32,000 nucleotides of DNA from Acaryochloris marina MBIC11017 (GTDB lineage Bacteria > Cyanobacteriota > Cyanobacteriia > Thermosynechococcales > Thermosynechococcaceae): the NCBI RefSeq assembly GCF_000018105.1, contig NC_009925.1:990001-1022000 (forward strand), read 5' to 3'. Positions 9,960-20,200 of this stretch are shown piece after piece; positions within the stretch are counted from its first letter, which is position 1; every line of letters begins with the position of its first letter. The notes beneath the pieces were generated by a model, which saw only the letters and a list, made by a program, of their open reading frames with translations, did not search any database and was not told where the DNA came from. Made by a program: the position numbers and the translations under genes.

Positions 9960-10928
9960 ATGAAACGGTATAAACGCCCCATTTCCATTGCCGTTAGTGT
10001 TCTGATTCTTTGCATTATTTACTCAAGAATTAAACCTGAAGAGCTGAGTAAAGTTTTTCTAGACTGCGATTTAATGTGGATGATCATCAGTCTAGGAATG
10101 GTGATTCCCTTGACAGGATTTACCTCTTGGCGATTACAGCAGCTAATGCCTCCTGGTTCAGGGATGGGGGCAGGAGAGGCTAATAAATTGGTGTTAGCAG
10201 CTAGTACCCTGAACATGGTTCTCCCCTCAAAAATGGGAGATATCGCTAAGGCATATTTTATTCGCGATCGCGGTTATCTGAGCGGCACCCTCTCGGTTTC
10301 CCTAGTGGTATTTGAAAAGACTTGCGATATGCTGTCGCTGCTGTTTTGGTGTGCGTTTGGTCTGATCCTCTATCCCCAAAAGGATGCTTTTTTTTGGACG
10401 ATGACTGCTGGGGTTATGGCAGGGGTAACCCTGGGACTGTTGTTATTAGGGTCTGCCCAATTTGCCAACTTTTTCTTTGGCATGTTTAGAAAAATTACCC
10501 CCAAAGGTATCAGTCAGAAATTTAAGAGCCTGCAAGAGTCCTGGCAAGAAATGCAGCAACATTTTTGGCAGGATCGCTTACAACTGGCTAAGGTTGCAGG
10601 TACCTCGATTTTTATCTGGTTTCTGCACATGGTGCAGATTTGGTTTTTTACCTTAGCACTAAAGGCCACAGTCCCTTTTATTATTAGCCTAGCCCTTTCT
10701 CCGTTAGCTATTCTGGCAGGATTATTACCCCTGACATTTGCGGGAGTTGGCACTCGTGATCAAGCTCTAATTTCCCTTTATGAAGGTCACTTCGATGCAA
10801 CCACAGGGGCAGCGTTAGGACTTCTATGTACCATGCGCTATTTTCTGCCCGCCATTGGCGGATTACCCTTTTTGCGAACCTATTTGGCAACCCTCAAAAC
10901 GCAACAAAAAGCGGCAACGGATGGGTAG
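9960..10928 (+). CDS. UPF0104 / lysylphosphatidylglycerol-synthase-TM-like 'flippase-like' membrane protein
   Basis: 322 aa with about 8 hydrophobic helices. The family-like motif LPSKMGDIAKAYF is present. Tightly coupled to the upstream ORF (tga 9956-9958, atg 9960). Confidence 0.6.
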   Translation: MKRYKRPISIAVSVLILCIIYSRIKPEELSKVFLDCDLMWMIISLGMVIPLTGFTSWRLQQLMPPGSGMGAGEANKLVLAASTLNMVLPSKMGDIAKAYFIRDRGYLSGTLSVSLVVFEKTCDMLSLLFWCAFGLILYPQKDAFFWTMTAGVMAGVTLGLLLLGSAQFANFFFGMFRKITPKGISQKFKSLQESWQEMQQHFWQDRLQLAKVAGTSIFIWFLHMVQIWFFTLALKATVPFIISLALSPLAILAGLLPLTFAGVGTRDQALISLYEGHFDATTGAALGLLCTMRYFLPAIGGLPFLRTYLATLKTQQKAATDG

Positions 10929-11057
10929 GAGGAAGGGTTCACGGGATGGGTTGATGTCGTGAAGGAAGAGCTACTGCGATCGCAACTTTGATGACAACTT
11001 CGAGCCTGACGGTCAGATGTCTTGCGCTTATCTCGCTCAACATCTATTGTGCAGTAT

Positions 11058-11345
11058 TTAGGATACTGGCATTTCGCGCAGCTCTATTGTTCCGCCATTG
11101 AGAATGACAGGGTGAGTGTCAAGTAACTTTTTCAATACAGTTAAATCATCGGTATCAAACCTCATAAATCTCACTATTGTTTCGGTCGAGTCAGAGGCCT
11201 GCTTCTTGCCGATGGCGTGTCGTTTCCCAAGGGCACTGCCACCTTGGAACATGCCAGACTCTTTCGCATTTTTCAGAAACTGATTCCATGAATCCATAGT
11301 AGGTGTGGAGTCAGAATTCCCATGAATAAAAGCAATGTATTGCAT
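11058..11345 (-). CDS. YCII-related (DGPF-type) domain protein
   Basis: The pattern MQYIAFIHGN..W..F...ESGMFQGG..L....GGTIELREMP matches the usual DGPF/YCII layout. The ATG at 11345 is preferred over the TTG at 11366 given by the ORF track. Confidence 0.55.
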   Translation of the reverse strand: MQYIAFIHGNSDSTPTMDSWNQFLKNAKESGMFQGGSALGKRHAIGKKQASDSTETIVRFMRFDTDDLTVLKKLLDTHPVILNGGTIELREMPVS

Positions 11346-11553
11346 GTCTGAATATTGCCGAGGCAAGTAGGTTCAAGTAGTGCGTAATATCGCCACATTA
11401 TGCCGTATCAGATTCACCCAGCGAGTAGGTGAGCATCACGGCAGCTCCAACAGTGATTGATCCTAGATCCAACGCAGACAATAGACCTACGTTTCTGATT
11501 TCCATCTATTCGCAATTCATCGAGTGATATGTGCTCTGGTATGTAGAGGTCCA

Positions 11554-12156
11554 TTAATTTCGCTCCACGTCATAGTAATTATTACGCCCTTCATCGGTGT
11601 AGGTGTCCAATATGCCTAACTGGGCCTCTTGCAAGATACTTTCGTATCGTTCACGTCCAAGGGAACGGCACTCATGGCCTGTATTTGTATCAGTCCAGAT
11701 GCCAATCTCAACAGGTGCGGTAAATAAGAAACGACCTCCAGGTAGTAGCAGTTGAGAAACTCGGTGGATTAGCCTGACCTGGTCGTCTTCGCATAGCAAG
11801 AAAATCAGGCCAATAGATATAACGGCACTGAATTTCCGCTCGAAGTAGTGACTGTCCCGTGCATGGGCACATTCAACGGGAATCTCTGGAAACCGGAGTT
11901 TAAACTCGGATACCAGGGTAGGTGACGAATCTACTGCCCATAGCTTTAATCCGGCAAGGGCGAGAGTCCGAGTAACAGGAATACCACCACCGCAGGCAAT
12001 CTCAAGCACATCACTACTAGCAGGAAGTGAATGTGCCCATCGTTCAATAACATGAATGCCAATCGTCGAACGATCGCGAGCGATTAAGAATTTTCGAGCA
12101 TGATTTTCGTAGGCGCTGACTGAATCTGAAGTCATATCTTGAAGAGGGCCTGGCAA
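11554..12156 (-). CDS. class I SAM-dependent methyltransferase
   Basis: 200 aa. Motif I VLEIACGGGIP, followed by an acidic residue (AVDSS) and GGRFLFTAP (post-motif II/III). Confidence 0.7.
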   Translation of the reverse strand: MPGPLQDMTSDSVSAYENHARKFLIARDRSTIGIHVIERWAHSLPASSDVLEIACGGGIPVTRTLALAGLKLWAVDSSPTLVSEFKLRFPEIPVECAHARDSHYFERKFSAVISIGLIFLLCEDDQVRLIHRVSQLLLPGGRFLFTAPVEIGIWTDTNTGHECRSLGRERYESILQEAQLGILDTYTDEGRNNYYDVERN

Positions 12157-12231
12157 CCGAGATAATCAGATTTGTAATTTCACTGAAGACTGTAGCTCTG
12201 CCGCTCTGGTCGAACAAGTATTTTATGCACT

Positions 12232-12783
12232 TTAGTCACGAGTGGGGATTTGTATGAGTTCTTTACATCCTTCAGGATCGATCCCCTTATCAAGCAGCTT
12301 GACTGCTGCCTGAACTGCGAAACATTTATCGCTGGAATGAATATTCGAGTAAAGCGATAGTAAAAAATGGGGTTCCACCACCGGCCATCCATCAACATCT
12401 CGGTGCGGGACATCGGTACGGACAAAGAAATCTATCGTGACACGTATGGCTCGTTCGTTGGCGCTTTCAACTATCTTTTCATACCTACGGAAATCCTCCG
12501 CGCTAGGCAATCGGTCATATTTTGTTCGGGCTTTTTGAAAACCTCGGTTTTTGAGCGTTGATACGACGAGCATTACGTTCTCAGGTTTAACGAAGATGTC
12601 GATATCTTTGTGATCATGAGCATGTTTGAGTTCAACGTGGCCCTTGGGAGACATAAAGTGCCACGCCCAACCACCCGATACAATAACCCACGGCTTAACT
12701 GCCTCTAGTTCAAGAAGAGAAGCATCGATGCGATACTGAGGCCAAGTTTCGCCGTATCGTGCTGGATTGTGTGGATCAGCCAT
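12232..12783 (-). CDS. hypothetical protein, nucleotidyltransferase-fold candidate (ANT(2'')/Lnu-like pattern)
   Basis: 183 aa. SGGWAWHF...HDHKDIDIFV resembles the GGW...H.D[IL]D signature of small minimal NTases. A later VTIDFF could supply the third carboxylate. Confidence 0.4.
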   Translation of the reverse strand: MADPHNPARYGETWPQYRIDASLLELEAVKPWVIVSGGWAWHFMSPKGHVELKHAHDHKDIDIFVKPENVMLVVSTLKNRGFQKARTKYDRLPSAEDFRRYEKIVESANERAIRVTIDFFVRTDVPHRDVDGWPVVEPHFLLSLYSNIHSSDKCFAVQAAVKLLDKGIDPEGCKELIQIPTRD

Positions 12784-12827
12784 GATTTATTGGACAGTTT
12801 TTTGTGTGTTTAGACAGCTTCCAATCT

Positions 12828-13193
12828 TTATGACCAGCCAACTATAACTCGGAATTCTGAAGGGTTACTACCCCATACGCCAAATACGCTGACCATTACT
12901 GATTCCAGGTTGAATTCGATTTCACCTAGGTGTCCTGACTCCCACCAAAGATGTGCCGCTTGCTCCAGAGGAACACATGCGAGGAATTTGAGGGCATGGT
13001 TGTGCTCACTGCGATTTTGGAACCAGTACATTGAACCCTTGCTAACATCTGATGGGAGAGATGACTGATTGAGTTGGGATAGAGCTTCAAATAAAGTATG
13101 GTTTCGATTAGCAGAACAGATGGGATCGACGTCAACTAAAGTCCAGCCACTCTCATCTTCGACTTCCAGAAATACGGAAATATCGATGCTCAT
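12828..13193 (-). CDS. hypothetical protein
   Basis: 121-aa ORF, 44 nt upstream (same strand) of the NTase-fold candidate. No family recognised. Confidence 0.45.
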   Translation of the reverse strand: MSIDISVFLEVEDESGWTLVDVDPICSANRNHTLFEALSQLNQSSLPSDVSKGSMYWFQNRSEHNHALKFLACVPLEQAAHLWWESGHLGEIEFNLESVMVSVFGVWGSNPSEFRVIVGWS

Positions 13194-13394
13194 CAGTTTG
13201 CCTCAAGAACTAAAGAATAGAGATCGCAACCTCAATCAAACTGCGATCGCAGATCAATAACTCCCATACCCAAAATGTCTACCGAATGGAACACTTAGTT
13301 GTTGCTCGGTGTAAATCCCACTGAGTTGCGATGCTCGAAGAGCGGCCTATGTCCCGCGGACAACAAGCAACGGCCATCGCAAATTAGGTTCAAT

Positions 13395-13754
13395 TTAGAT
13401 TTTCAAGCTTTTGAAAACAATTGCCACTCCCACAACTCCAACTATTGCCCCAACCCACGGACCTAAAAGACTACCAATAAAGATATTGACCAACCTCTCT
13501 GATATACATCCCCAAGCTGCGAGTCCTTCACAAGATTGCTGCGATGGTGGTAGGTTCTCTCCGATTTGGTAGCCAATGACTAAGCCCGCTAGGCCACCTA
13601 CAATACCATTTACTCTGAATAGCCAAATTTGCCAACGATATAGCTTGCCTTGATTGCATAACCAAAGCTTCTCCATCAGCCAACTTATGCTCATTCCAGC
13701 CCCCACAATCCATATCAGCACTGCCAACCAAAACCAAGAATTTGTAAGAATCAT
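13395..13754 (-). CDS. hypothetical small membrane protein
   Basis: 119 aa with three or four hydrophobic helices (WFWLAVLIWIVGAGMSISWL, GIVGGLAGLVIGYQI, LLGPWVGAIVGVVGVAIVF). Confidence 0.5.
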   Translation of the reverse strand: MILTNSWFWLAVLIWIVGAGMSISWLMEKLWLCNQGKLYRWQIWLFRVNGIVGGLAGLVIGYQIGENLPPSQQSCEGLAAWGCISERLVNIFIGSLLGPWVGAIVGVVGVAIVFKSLKI

Positions 13755-13958
13755 AGTTTGGGTATCGTGATTAGGAACAACGGATATGCAGAGGTTGGGG
13801 TACTATCAAACTGCAACGGCATTGTGATCGCAATACTCTGGCCCTTTCTTGCAGTGATCGCATCCCCAAGTAAACTGAGATCGCAACCCATCACCCCATA
13901 ACTCACACCGAAAAGCAATAATGATCTCAATACGATAAATCTTGCTGAGCAGACTTGG

Positions 13959-14570
13959 ATGAGACTAAATATAGTGCTGATTCATGGCATGGGTCGAACG
14001 CCCCTATCCATGCTGTACCTACAGCACCGACTCCGCAAGTTGGGCCATAATCCCCACCTATTTGGCTATTCCCCCACCTTAGAATCCTTGCAAACCGTCA
14101 CAGACCGCTTATTGCAACGGATTCAAACCCAAGTCGGTTCCCAACCCTATGCCCTGCTGGGCCATTCCCTCGGCACCGTCATTATCCGCAACGCCTACCA
14201 CCAACTCAGCTCTCATCCACCTGCAGCCTGCTTCTTCCTCGCCCCACCGATGGTGGCCTGTCAAGCCGCCAAATTCTTCTCCAAAGTCGGTCTCTATCGG
14301 CTATTCACGGGAGAAATGGGGCAATTGCTCGCCCAGGATAGCTTTGTCGGACAATTAGCCCTACCGCCCCATACCAAAATCTACGTTGGTACAGGCGGGC
14401 CCAGGGCACCGTGGCTCCCTTTTGGCAACGAATTAAACGATGGCATCCTCTCGGTTGTAGAAGCCAGTGGCGGTCACAAGGTGGTGACCGTGCCTGCCAT
14501 TCACACCTTTATTATGAATTCCACTCCAGTGGTTGAGGATATTGCCCAGTCCCTAGATGCCCTAGCCTAA
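13959..14570 (+). CDS. alpha/beta-fold hydrolase (small esterase/lipase-like)
   Basis: 203 aa. N-terminal IVLIHGMGRT oxyanion region and the nucleophile elbow GHSLGT (GxSxG). Confidence 0.7.
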   Translation: MRLNIVLIHGMGRTPLSMLYLQHRLRKLGHNPHLFGYSPTLESLQTVTDRLLQRIQTQVGSQPYALLGHSLGTVIIRNAYHQLSSHPPAACFFLAPPMVACQAAKFFSKVGLYRLFTGEMGQLLAQDSFVGQLALPPHTKIYVGTGGPRAPWLPFGNELNDGILSVVEASGGHKVVTVPAIHTFIMNSTPVVEDIAQSLDALA

Positions 14571-14579
14571 AGGCCCGCA

Positions 14580-17147
14580 CTATTTAGGAACCACAAAGTT
14601 CACCAGCTTGCCCGGAACGACAATTACCTTTTTCACTTCCTTGCCAGCAATATACCGCTGGGCCACTTCCGACTCGCGGGCGAGCTGTTCCAAGTCTTCC
14701 CGACTGGAGCCAGCCGGAACTTGAATCGTGCCTCGGGTTTTACCCATAATCTGAATCACTAAGGTAATCTCATCGGCCACCAGAGCTTCTTCATCCACCT
14801 GGGGCCAAGTCTGACCCAGAATCGACTCGGAGTGACCTAAGTTTTCCCATAGCTCTTCACTGATATGGGGGGCAAACGGGGTGAGCAGCAGCAACAAGGT
14901 TTCCACGCCTTCGGCATAGACGGGAGACGCTTTCTCCTTGGAATCACTGAGGGCATTGCTCAGCTTCATCAGCTCGGATACGGCGGTATTGAACTGATAA
15001 TCACCGTCTAAATCTTCGCTGGTTTCTTTGATGGCAATATGAATAGACCGTCGTAGCTCCTTCTCCGTTTTCGAGAGCTTGGCCTTATTCACCTTCGCTT
15101 TCTTGCCCTTAGCTTGGGCGGCATGTTCACTCACCAGTCGCCAAACCCGATTAAGAAATCGGAATTGACCTTCTACATCCGCGCCTTCCCATTCCAGATC
15201 TTTTTCTGGAGGAGCCTTAAATAAGGTGAATAGACGGGCAGTATCGGCCCCGTACTTATTGGTGACCTCTTCTGGGGGGACGCCATTGTATTTTGACTTG
15301 GACATCTTTTCATAAAAGGCTTCCAAGGGGGCACCGGTTTCTGGATCCTTCGGATCGTCGGCATCAACATTAATAGGTGCAATATACTGGCCCGTCTCTG
15401 GATTTTTATAGGTGAGAGCTTGCACCATCCCTTGGGTGAGCAGCTTTTTAAAGGGTTCATCGAAATTGAGGAGTTTGCGATCGCGCATCACTTTCGTAAA
15501 AAACCGCGAATAAAGCAGGTGTAAAATCGCATGTTCAATCCCACCCACATATTGATCCACGGGTAGCCAATCATTGGTTTTGGCCGAATCAAAGACGGCT
15601 TTGTCATTTTTGGCATCAGGATAGCGGAGGAAATACCAGGACGAATCGATAAAGGTATCCATGGTATCGGTTTCTCGTTTGGCGTCCGCCCCACAATTGG
15701 GACAGGCGACGTTGACCCAAGACTCTAACTTGGCTAAAGGCGATCCCCCTTGGGCTGAGAATTCCACATCTTCCGGTAGTTCCACAGGCAAATCGGCTTC
15801 GGGAACCGGAACGGCTCCACAATTGGGACAGTGAATCACCGGAATGGGCACGCCCCAATAGCGCTGTCGGGAAATCAGCCAGTCCCGCAAACGATACTGC
15901 ACCCTAGCCTTGCCCCAGCCTTTGGTCTCGGCTTTAGCAATAATGGCTTGCTTGCCTTCAGTGGAGACTTTGCCATCAAATTCACCGGAGTTGACCATCA
16001 GTCCCGGTTCCGTATAGGCGGCTTCTAGGGGCGTCTCCGCATCGCCACCTTCCGGCACAATCACCGTTTGAATCGGCAGTTTATTCTGCTGAGCAAACAC
16101 AAAGTCTCGGGTGTCATGGGCAGGAACCCCCATTACCGCACCTGTCCCATACTCATACAGCACATAGTCGGCAATCCAAATGGGAATTTCTTCCCCCGTA
16201 AAGGGATTGATCGCCTTGCCCCCTGTGGGAATCCCTTTCTTGGGCTTGTCCTCCGCCGTGCGATCCATTTCGCTCTCGGCCCCCACTGCCTCAATAAATT
16301 TGTCCACCGCTTTTTTCTGGGCTTTGCTGGTGACTTGGGGGGTGAGGGGATGTTCTGGAGCCAGCACCACGTAGGTGACGCCATAGACCGTATCAGGGCG
16401 GGTGGTAAAAACGGCCACCTTTTCATCCATGCCCACAATCGGGAACTCCAGGTAGGCCCCCACGGATTTGCCAATCCAGTTGGCCTGCATGGTTTTGACT
16501 CGCTCGGGCCAGCCGGTCAGCTTATCTAAGTCCGTAAGCAGCTCTTCGGCATAGTCGGTAATTTTGAGAAACCACTGTCGCAGAAGTTTGCGCTCCACCT
16601 TAGCCCCAGATCGCCAAGAGCGACCTTCGTTATCCACTTGCTCATTGGCAAGTACGGTTTGGTCAACAGGGTCCCAGTTAACGGCAGCTTCTTTCTGGTA
16701 GGCCAGGCCCATATCCAGAAATTGCAGAAAGATCCACTGGGTCCACCGATAGTAATCTGGAGAGCAGGTGGCGATTTCCCGGCTCCAGTCAATGGAAAGG
16801 CCCAGGGGCTCTAGCTGCTTTTTCATTTGGGCCATATTGGCATAGGTCCATTCGGCAGGATGAATGCCCCGAGCGATGGCGGCATTTTCGGCGGGTAGGC
16901 CAAAGGCATCCCAACCCATGGGCTGAAGAACCCGGTAGCCCTGCATCCGTTTGAGGCGGGCGATGACGTCGGTGATGACATAGTTGCGGGTATGACCGAC
17001 GTGTAAGCTGCCCGAGGGGTAGGGGAACATGGACAAGGCATAGAATTTAGGCTTGCTAGTGTCTTCAGGAGTGGCATCTAGCCCCTGTTTGGCCCAGCTT
17101 GCTTGCCATTTGGGTTCAATCTCGGTGGGATTGTAACGGGACTCCAC
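14580..17147 (-). CDS. leuS: leucine--tRNA ligase
   Basis: 855 aa. Class I HIGH motif ([10 protein letters not shown]), KMSKS motif ([11 protein letters not shown]), a CP1 editing-domain-sized insertion and zinc-type CPNCG motifs. The start codon is GTG. Confidence 0.97.
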   Translation of the reverse strand: MESRYNPTEIEPKWQASWAKQGLDATPEDTSKPKFYALSMFPYPSGSLHVGHTRNYVITDVIARLKRMQGYRVLQPMGWDAFGLPAENAAIARGIHPAEWTYANMAQMKKQLEPLGLSIDWSREIATCSPDYYRWTQWIFLQFLDMGLAYQKEAAVNWDPVDQTVLANEQVDNEGRSWRSGAKVERKLLRQWFLKITDYAEELLTDLDKLTGWPERVKTMQANWIGKSVGAYLEFPIVGMDEKVAVFTTRPDTVYGVTYVVLAPEHPLTPQVTSKAQKKAVDKFIEAVGAESEMDRTAEDKPKKGIPTGGKAINPFTGEEIPIWIADYVLYEYGTGAVMGVPAHDTRDFVFAQQNKLPIQTVIVPEGGDAETPLEAAYTEPGLMVNSGEFDGKVSTEGKQAIIAKAETKGWGKARVQYRLRDWLISRQRYWGVPIPVIHCPNCGAVPVPEADLPVELPEDVEFSAQGGSPLAKLESWVNVACPNCGADAKRETDTMDTFIDSSWYFLRYPDAKNDKAVFDSAKTNDWLPVDQYVGGIEHAILHLLYSRFFTKVMRDRKLLNFDEPFKKLLTQGMVQALTYKNPETGQYIAPINVDADDPKDPETGAPLEAFYEKMSKSKYNGVPPEEVTNKYGADTARLFTLFKAPPEKDLEWEGADVEGQFRFLNRVWRLVSEHAAQAKGKKAKVNKAKLSKTEKELRRSIHIAIKETSEDLDGDYQFNTAVSELMKLSNALSDSKEKASPVYAEGVETLLLLLTPFAPHISEELWENLGHSESILGQTWPQVDEEALVADEITLVIQIMGKTRGTIQVPAGSSREDLEQLARESEVAQRYIAGKEVKKVIVVPGKLVNFVVPK

Positions 17148-17299
17148 TACTGTTACTCCTGAAGGTCTGCGTTTGCTTCACTATTCTAGAGAATATCTGG
17201 CCTAAACTTCCCTCGAACAATAGGAGGTGGAGGATGGTTTGTGGTGAATAACAACGGTATGGACAGTAACGCTCCAAGACAGGGGGCTACCTAGGTGAC

Positions 17300-20200
17300 C
17301 TTTTTAACCAACACTTTTAGGTTGACTCTTGCTTCAAAAACTCTTGGTCTATGTTTTGATGTTATCTCCAGAGAGAGGTTTTTGAGTTTATTACTATCTG
17401 TGGCCAAATAATTATCCAGCTCACTCAGTCGAGTTCCCAGGTTCTATAAATGTTTCACAAGGCTATTTTGCACATGTCTTGATGAGATGCTCGTTTGCTT
17501 AAATGATGGTTCCTATCTGATGTCTACTACCCTTAAAAAGTAATCTTAAAAAATGGTTTGCTTGGATTTTTCATGCAATGTTTGAGAGCAGTAACTTTCT
17601 GTCATATGTACAGGCAATCTATCTCTTGGTTTTTATGTCAGAGAATCTAATGCTAGGTTCTTCTATCGCAGTGCTACCGTAGAAAAGGCTTGGCTTAAAG
17701 AGGTGGAAAAGATGGCTCTTTTATTGCTTTTAGGAGAAATCCTCCTTCTAGTTTTAGTTAGACTATCTAGTAATGATGCTATGTTTTCTTCTAGGCTATA
17801 GCCATAGGAATTTAGCTAGCAAATCCAATGAATACCATTATAACGGATGAGATTATCAATAGTTTCCTGAAATGTCCTTATAAAGCTTATCTAAGACTAA
17901 ATAATCAACCAGGAGAGAAAACCTATTTTCAAAAATTGGAAGAAGAATTGGCGTCAATCTACAAGAAGAATTTATTCTTGCGGATTGATGAAAAGCTGGA
18001 ACAAAGTCAGCCAATTCTTAGATTAGGTAAAACCCAAGAAAATAAAGAATATGAAATTACCTATAAAACTAATCATCACTTTGAATCTCCTAGGTATAAA
18101 GTAGTCTTTGAACTAATACAAATAATGCGAGAAGGTGTTTCATCTGATGAAATTCTCTACTACCCAATATTTTTCTGGCATAAAGAACACATAACAAAAT
18201 TAGACAAAATAAATTTCACAATCAGAAGTCTTATTCTTGCAGACATAAAAGATACTTCTGTTAAGTATGCTGGAGTTATCTATGGAAAAAACAATAAGAT
18301 ATTAAAGCTAAAATTAGAAGTATATTTTAAAGAGGCGAGAAAGGTATTATCTGAATTAGAATTAATGCTAAAGTCACACAAGAAACCTCGATTTTTTCAG
18401 ATCAAAGAATGTAAAATATGTGAGTTCAAAAAAGATTGCTATGAAGATTTAGTTGTAAGGGATGATTTAAGCCTTTTAGGTGGCATGTATGAAAAGGATA
18501 TATTACGACAAAATAGAAAAGGAATTTTTACTGTTCATCAGTATTCATATACATATAAACCTCGTAAACGAAAAAATAATCTTACCAAATATGAAAAAAG
18601 TGATTTAGCTTTGAAGGCTTTAGCATTGAGAGAAGAACGCACTTATATCAAATCGACGCCAACATTCCCAGAATCAAATGTAGATATTTTTATCGATTTT
18701 GAAGGCTTAAATGATGAGAATTATACTTATTTGATTGGCCTTTGCATTACAGAAAAGGACAAAAATAGATTCTTGTCCTTTTGGGCTGATTCTCAAGCGC
18801 AGGAAGTAAGTATTTTTCTAAGCATGATTGAGATTATTTCACCTTTGACTAATTTTACAGCCTATTACTATGGAAGCTACGAAATTCGAGCACTTAAGAA
18901 ACTTTCAAAGAAGCTGGATGATTCATATGCCAATATTATAAATAGACTAATAGAAAATTCTGTGAATATACTTTCAATATTTAATTCAAATATTTATCCT
19001 CCAACATACACTAATAGCCTAAAAGATATAGCGAAATATATTGGTTTTAGCTGGCATGATAAAAATGCTTCAGGACTTCAAAGTATTTATTGGCGAAAAA
19101 AATGGGAGTTGACAGGAGATAAAGCATATAAAGATGCACTTATTCAATATAATCTAGAAGATTGTCTGGCTTTGCAGTTATTAAAAAAATGGATAAATTC
19201 CATCGACCTAAATAGAGAAAATGATTATGCTGAAGTTGAGAAAATTAAAACTGTAAAAGCCTATAACTGGAGAAAAACTGAAGAGTATTTTCTGGATGAC
19301 TTTCAAGAGGTCAATAAGCTAGCATATTTTGATTATCAACATACTAAAATATACCTGCGTACCAATCCTCAAATCAGAAAAGCATTGAAGCGAGAGCTAA
19401 AAAGCTGCAAAAAATTAACTAATAAGCCTAATGAAGTTGTCAAGATTTCCGTGCACTCTTGTAAGCACTGCCATTCAAATAATATTAAGCCCTTAGTAAA
19501 ATCTGAGAAAATTGTGGTCGATCTAAAATTCATAAAAAATGGAATCAAAAAATGGGTTCTGAAATATGTTGGAGGGACTTTTTATTGTCGAAACTGCAAG
19601 AAAATATTTTCACCTAAGAATCTAAATAAGTTCTCCGATTTTGGGGAAAACTTAATAAGATGGGCAATGCATCAACATATTCAGTATCGAATGAGTATTG
19701 ATAATGTTGTTGATTCTCTAAGAGATTTTAATGTTCAGATTTCGGCTACAACAGTACATTATTTTAAATCTAATCTTGCGATTCAATATGAGGAGACCTA
19801 CCAAGAAATTAAAGCTAATATACTGAAAGGCCAACTAATTCAGGCTGATGAAACTCCTATAAAAATGGTAAAAAGAGAGACTGGTTATGTTTGGGTATTT
19901 ACAACAACAGATGCTGTCTTATACTTTTTTAAGTCTACAAGGAAGGCATTTTTCTTAAAAGAATTGCTAAAGGATTTTACTGGAGTTTTAATATCGGATT
20001 TCTATGCAGGGTATGATTCTATCGATTGTGAACAACAGAAGTGTTTAGTGCATTTAATACGCGATATGAATTTGGATCTCTTTAAGAATCAGTTTGATGA
20101 AGATCTGAAATCTCTCGTAACTCATTTTGGGAAACTTTTGCGAAAAATTGTTGAAACGATTGATAAGTATGGCTTAAAGAGAAGGAATCTTAACAAGCAT

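Noticed and set aside
593-10890. Short overlapping ORFs in the glycosylation cluster (593-805, 1028-1288, 1110-1382, 1647-1877, 3478-3816, 4172-4465, 4473-4661, 4507-4731, 4728-4970, 5044-5235, 5767-6363, 6329-6514, 6781-6969, 6803-7048, 7086-7433, 7196-7552, 7650-7976, 8454-8819, 8490-8834, 8987-9268, 9081-9371, 9298-9498, 10019-10216, 10462-10656, 10514-10753, 10708-10890).
   Set aside because: Each is embedded in or antisense to a longer ORF with clear family motifs. None has a recognisable motif of its own.
14571-14579. Only 9 nt separate the convergent stop codons of the hydrolase gene and leuS, with no visible terminator hairpin.
   Set aside because: Tight convergent gene ends are common. 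Any terminators may lie inside the opposing coding sequences, and nothing further can be concluded by eye.
14580-17147. Many 60-150-aa ORFs nested inside or antisense to leuS (e.g. 15173-15460, 15488-15694, 15616-15858, 15831-16028, 16068-16529, 16133-16474, 16180-16374, 16526-16792, 16823-17077).
   Set aside because: All lie within a gene whose product is unmistakable. Their translations are low-complexity and Pro/Arg/Gly-rich, as expected for off-frame shadows of a GC-richer gene.
17183-17188. TAGAAT (minus strand), considered as the leuS -10 box.
   Set aside because: No acceptable -35 element lies at the right spacing, so the promoter position is unsupported without TSS data.
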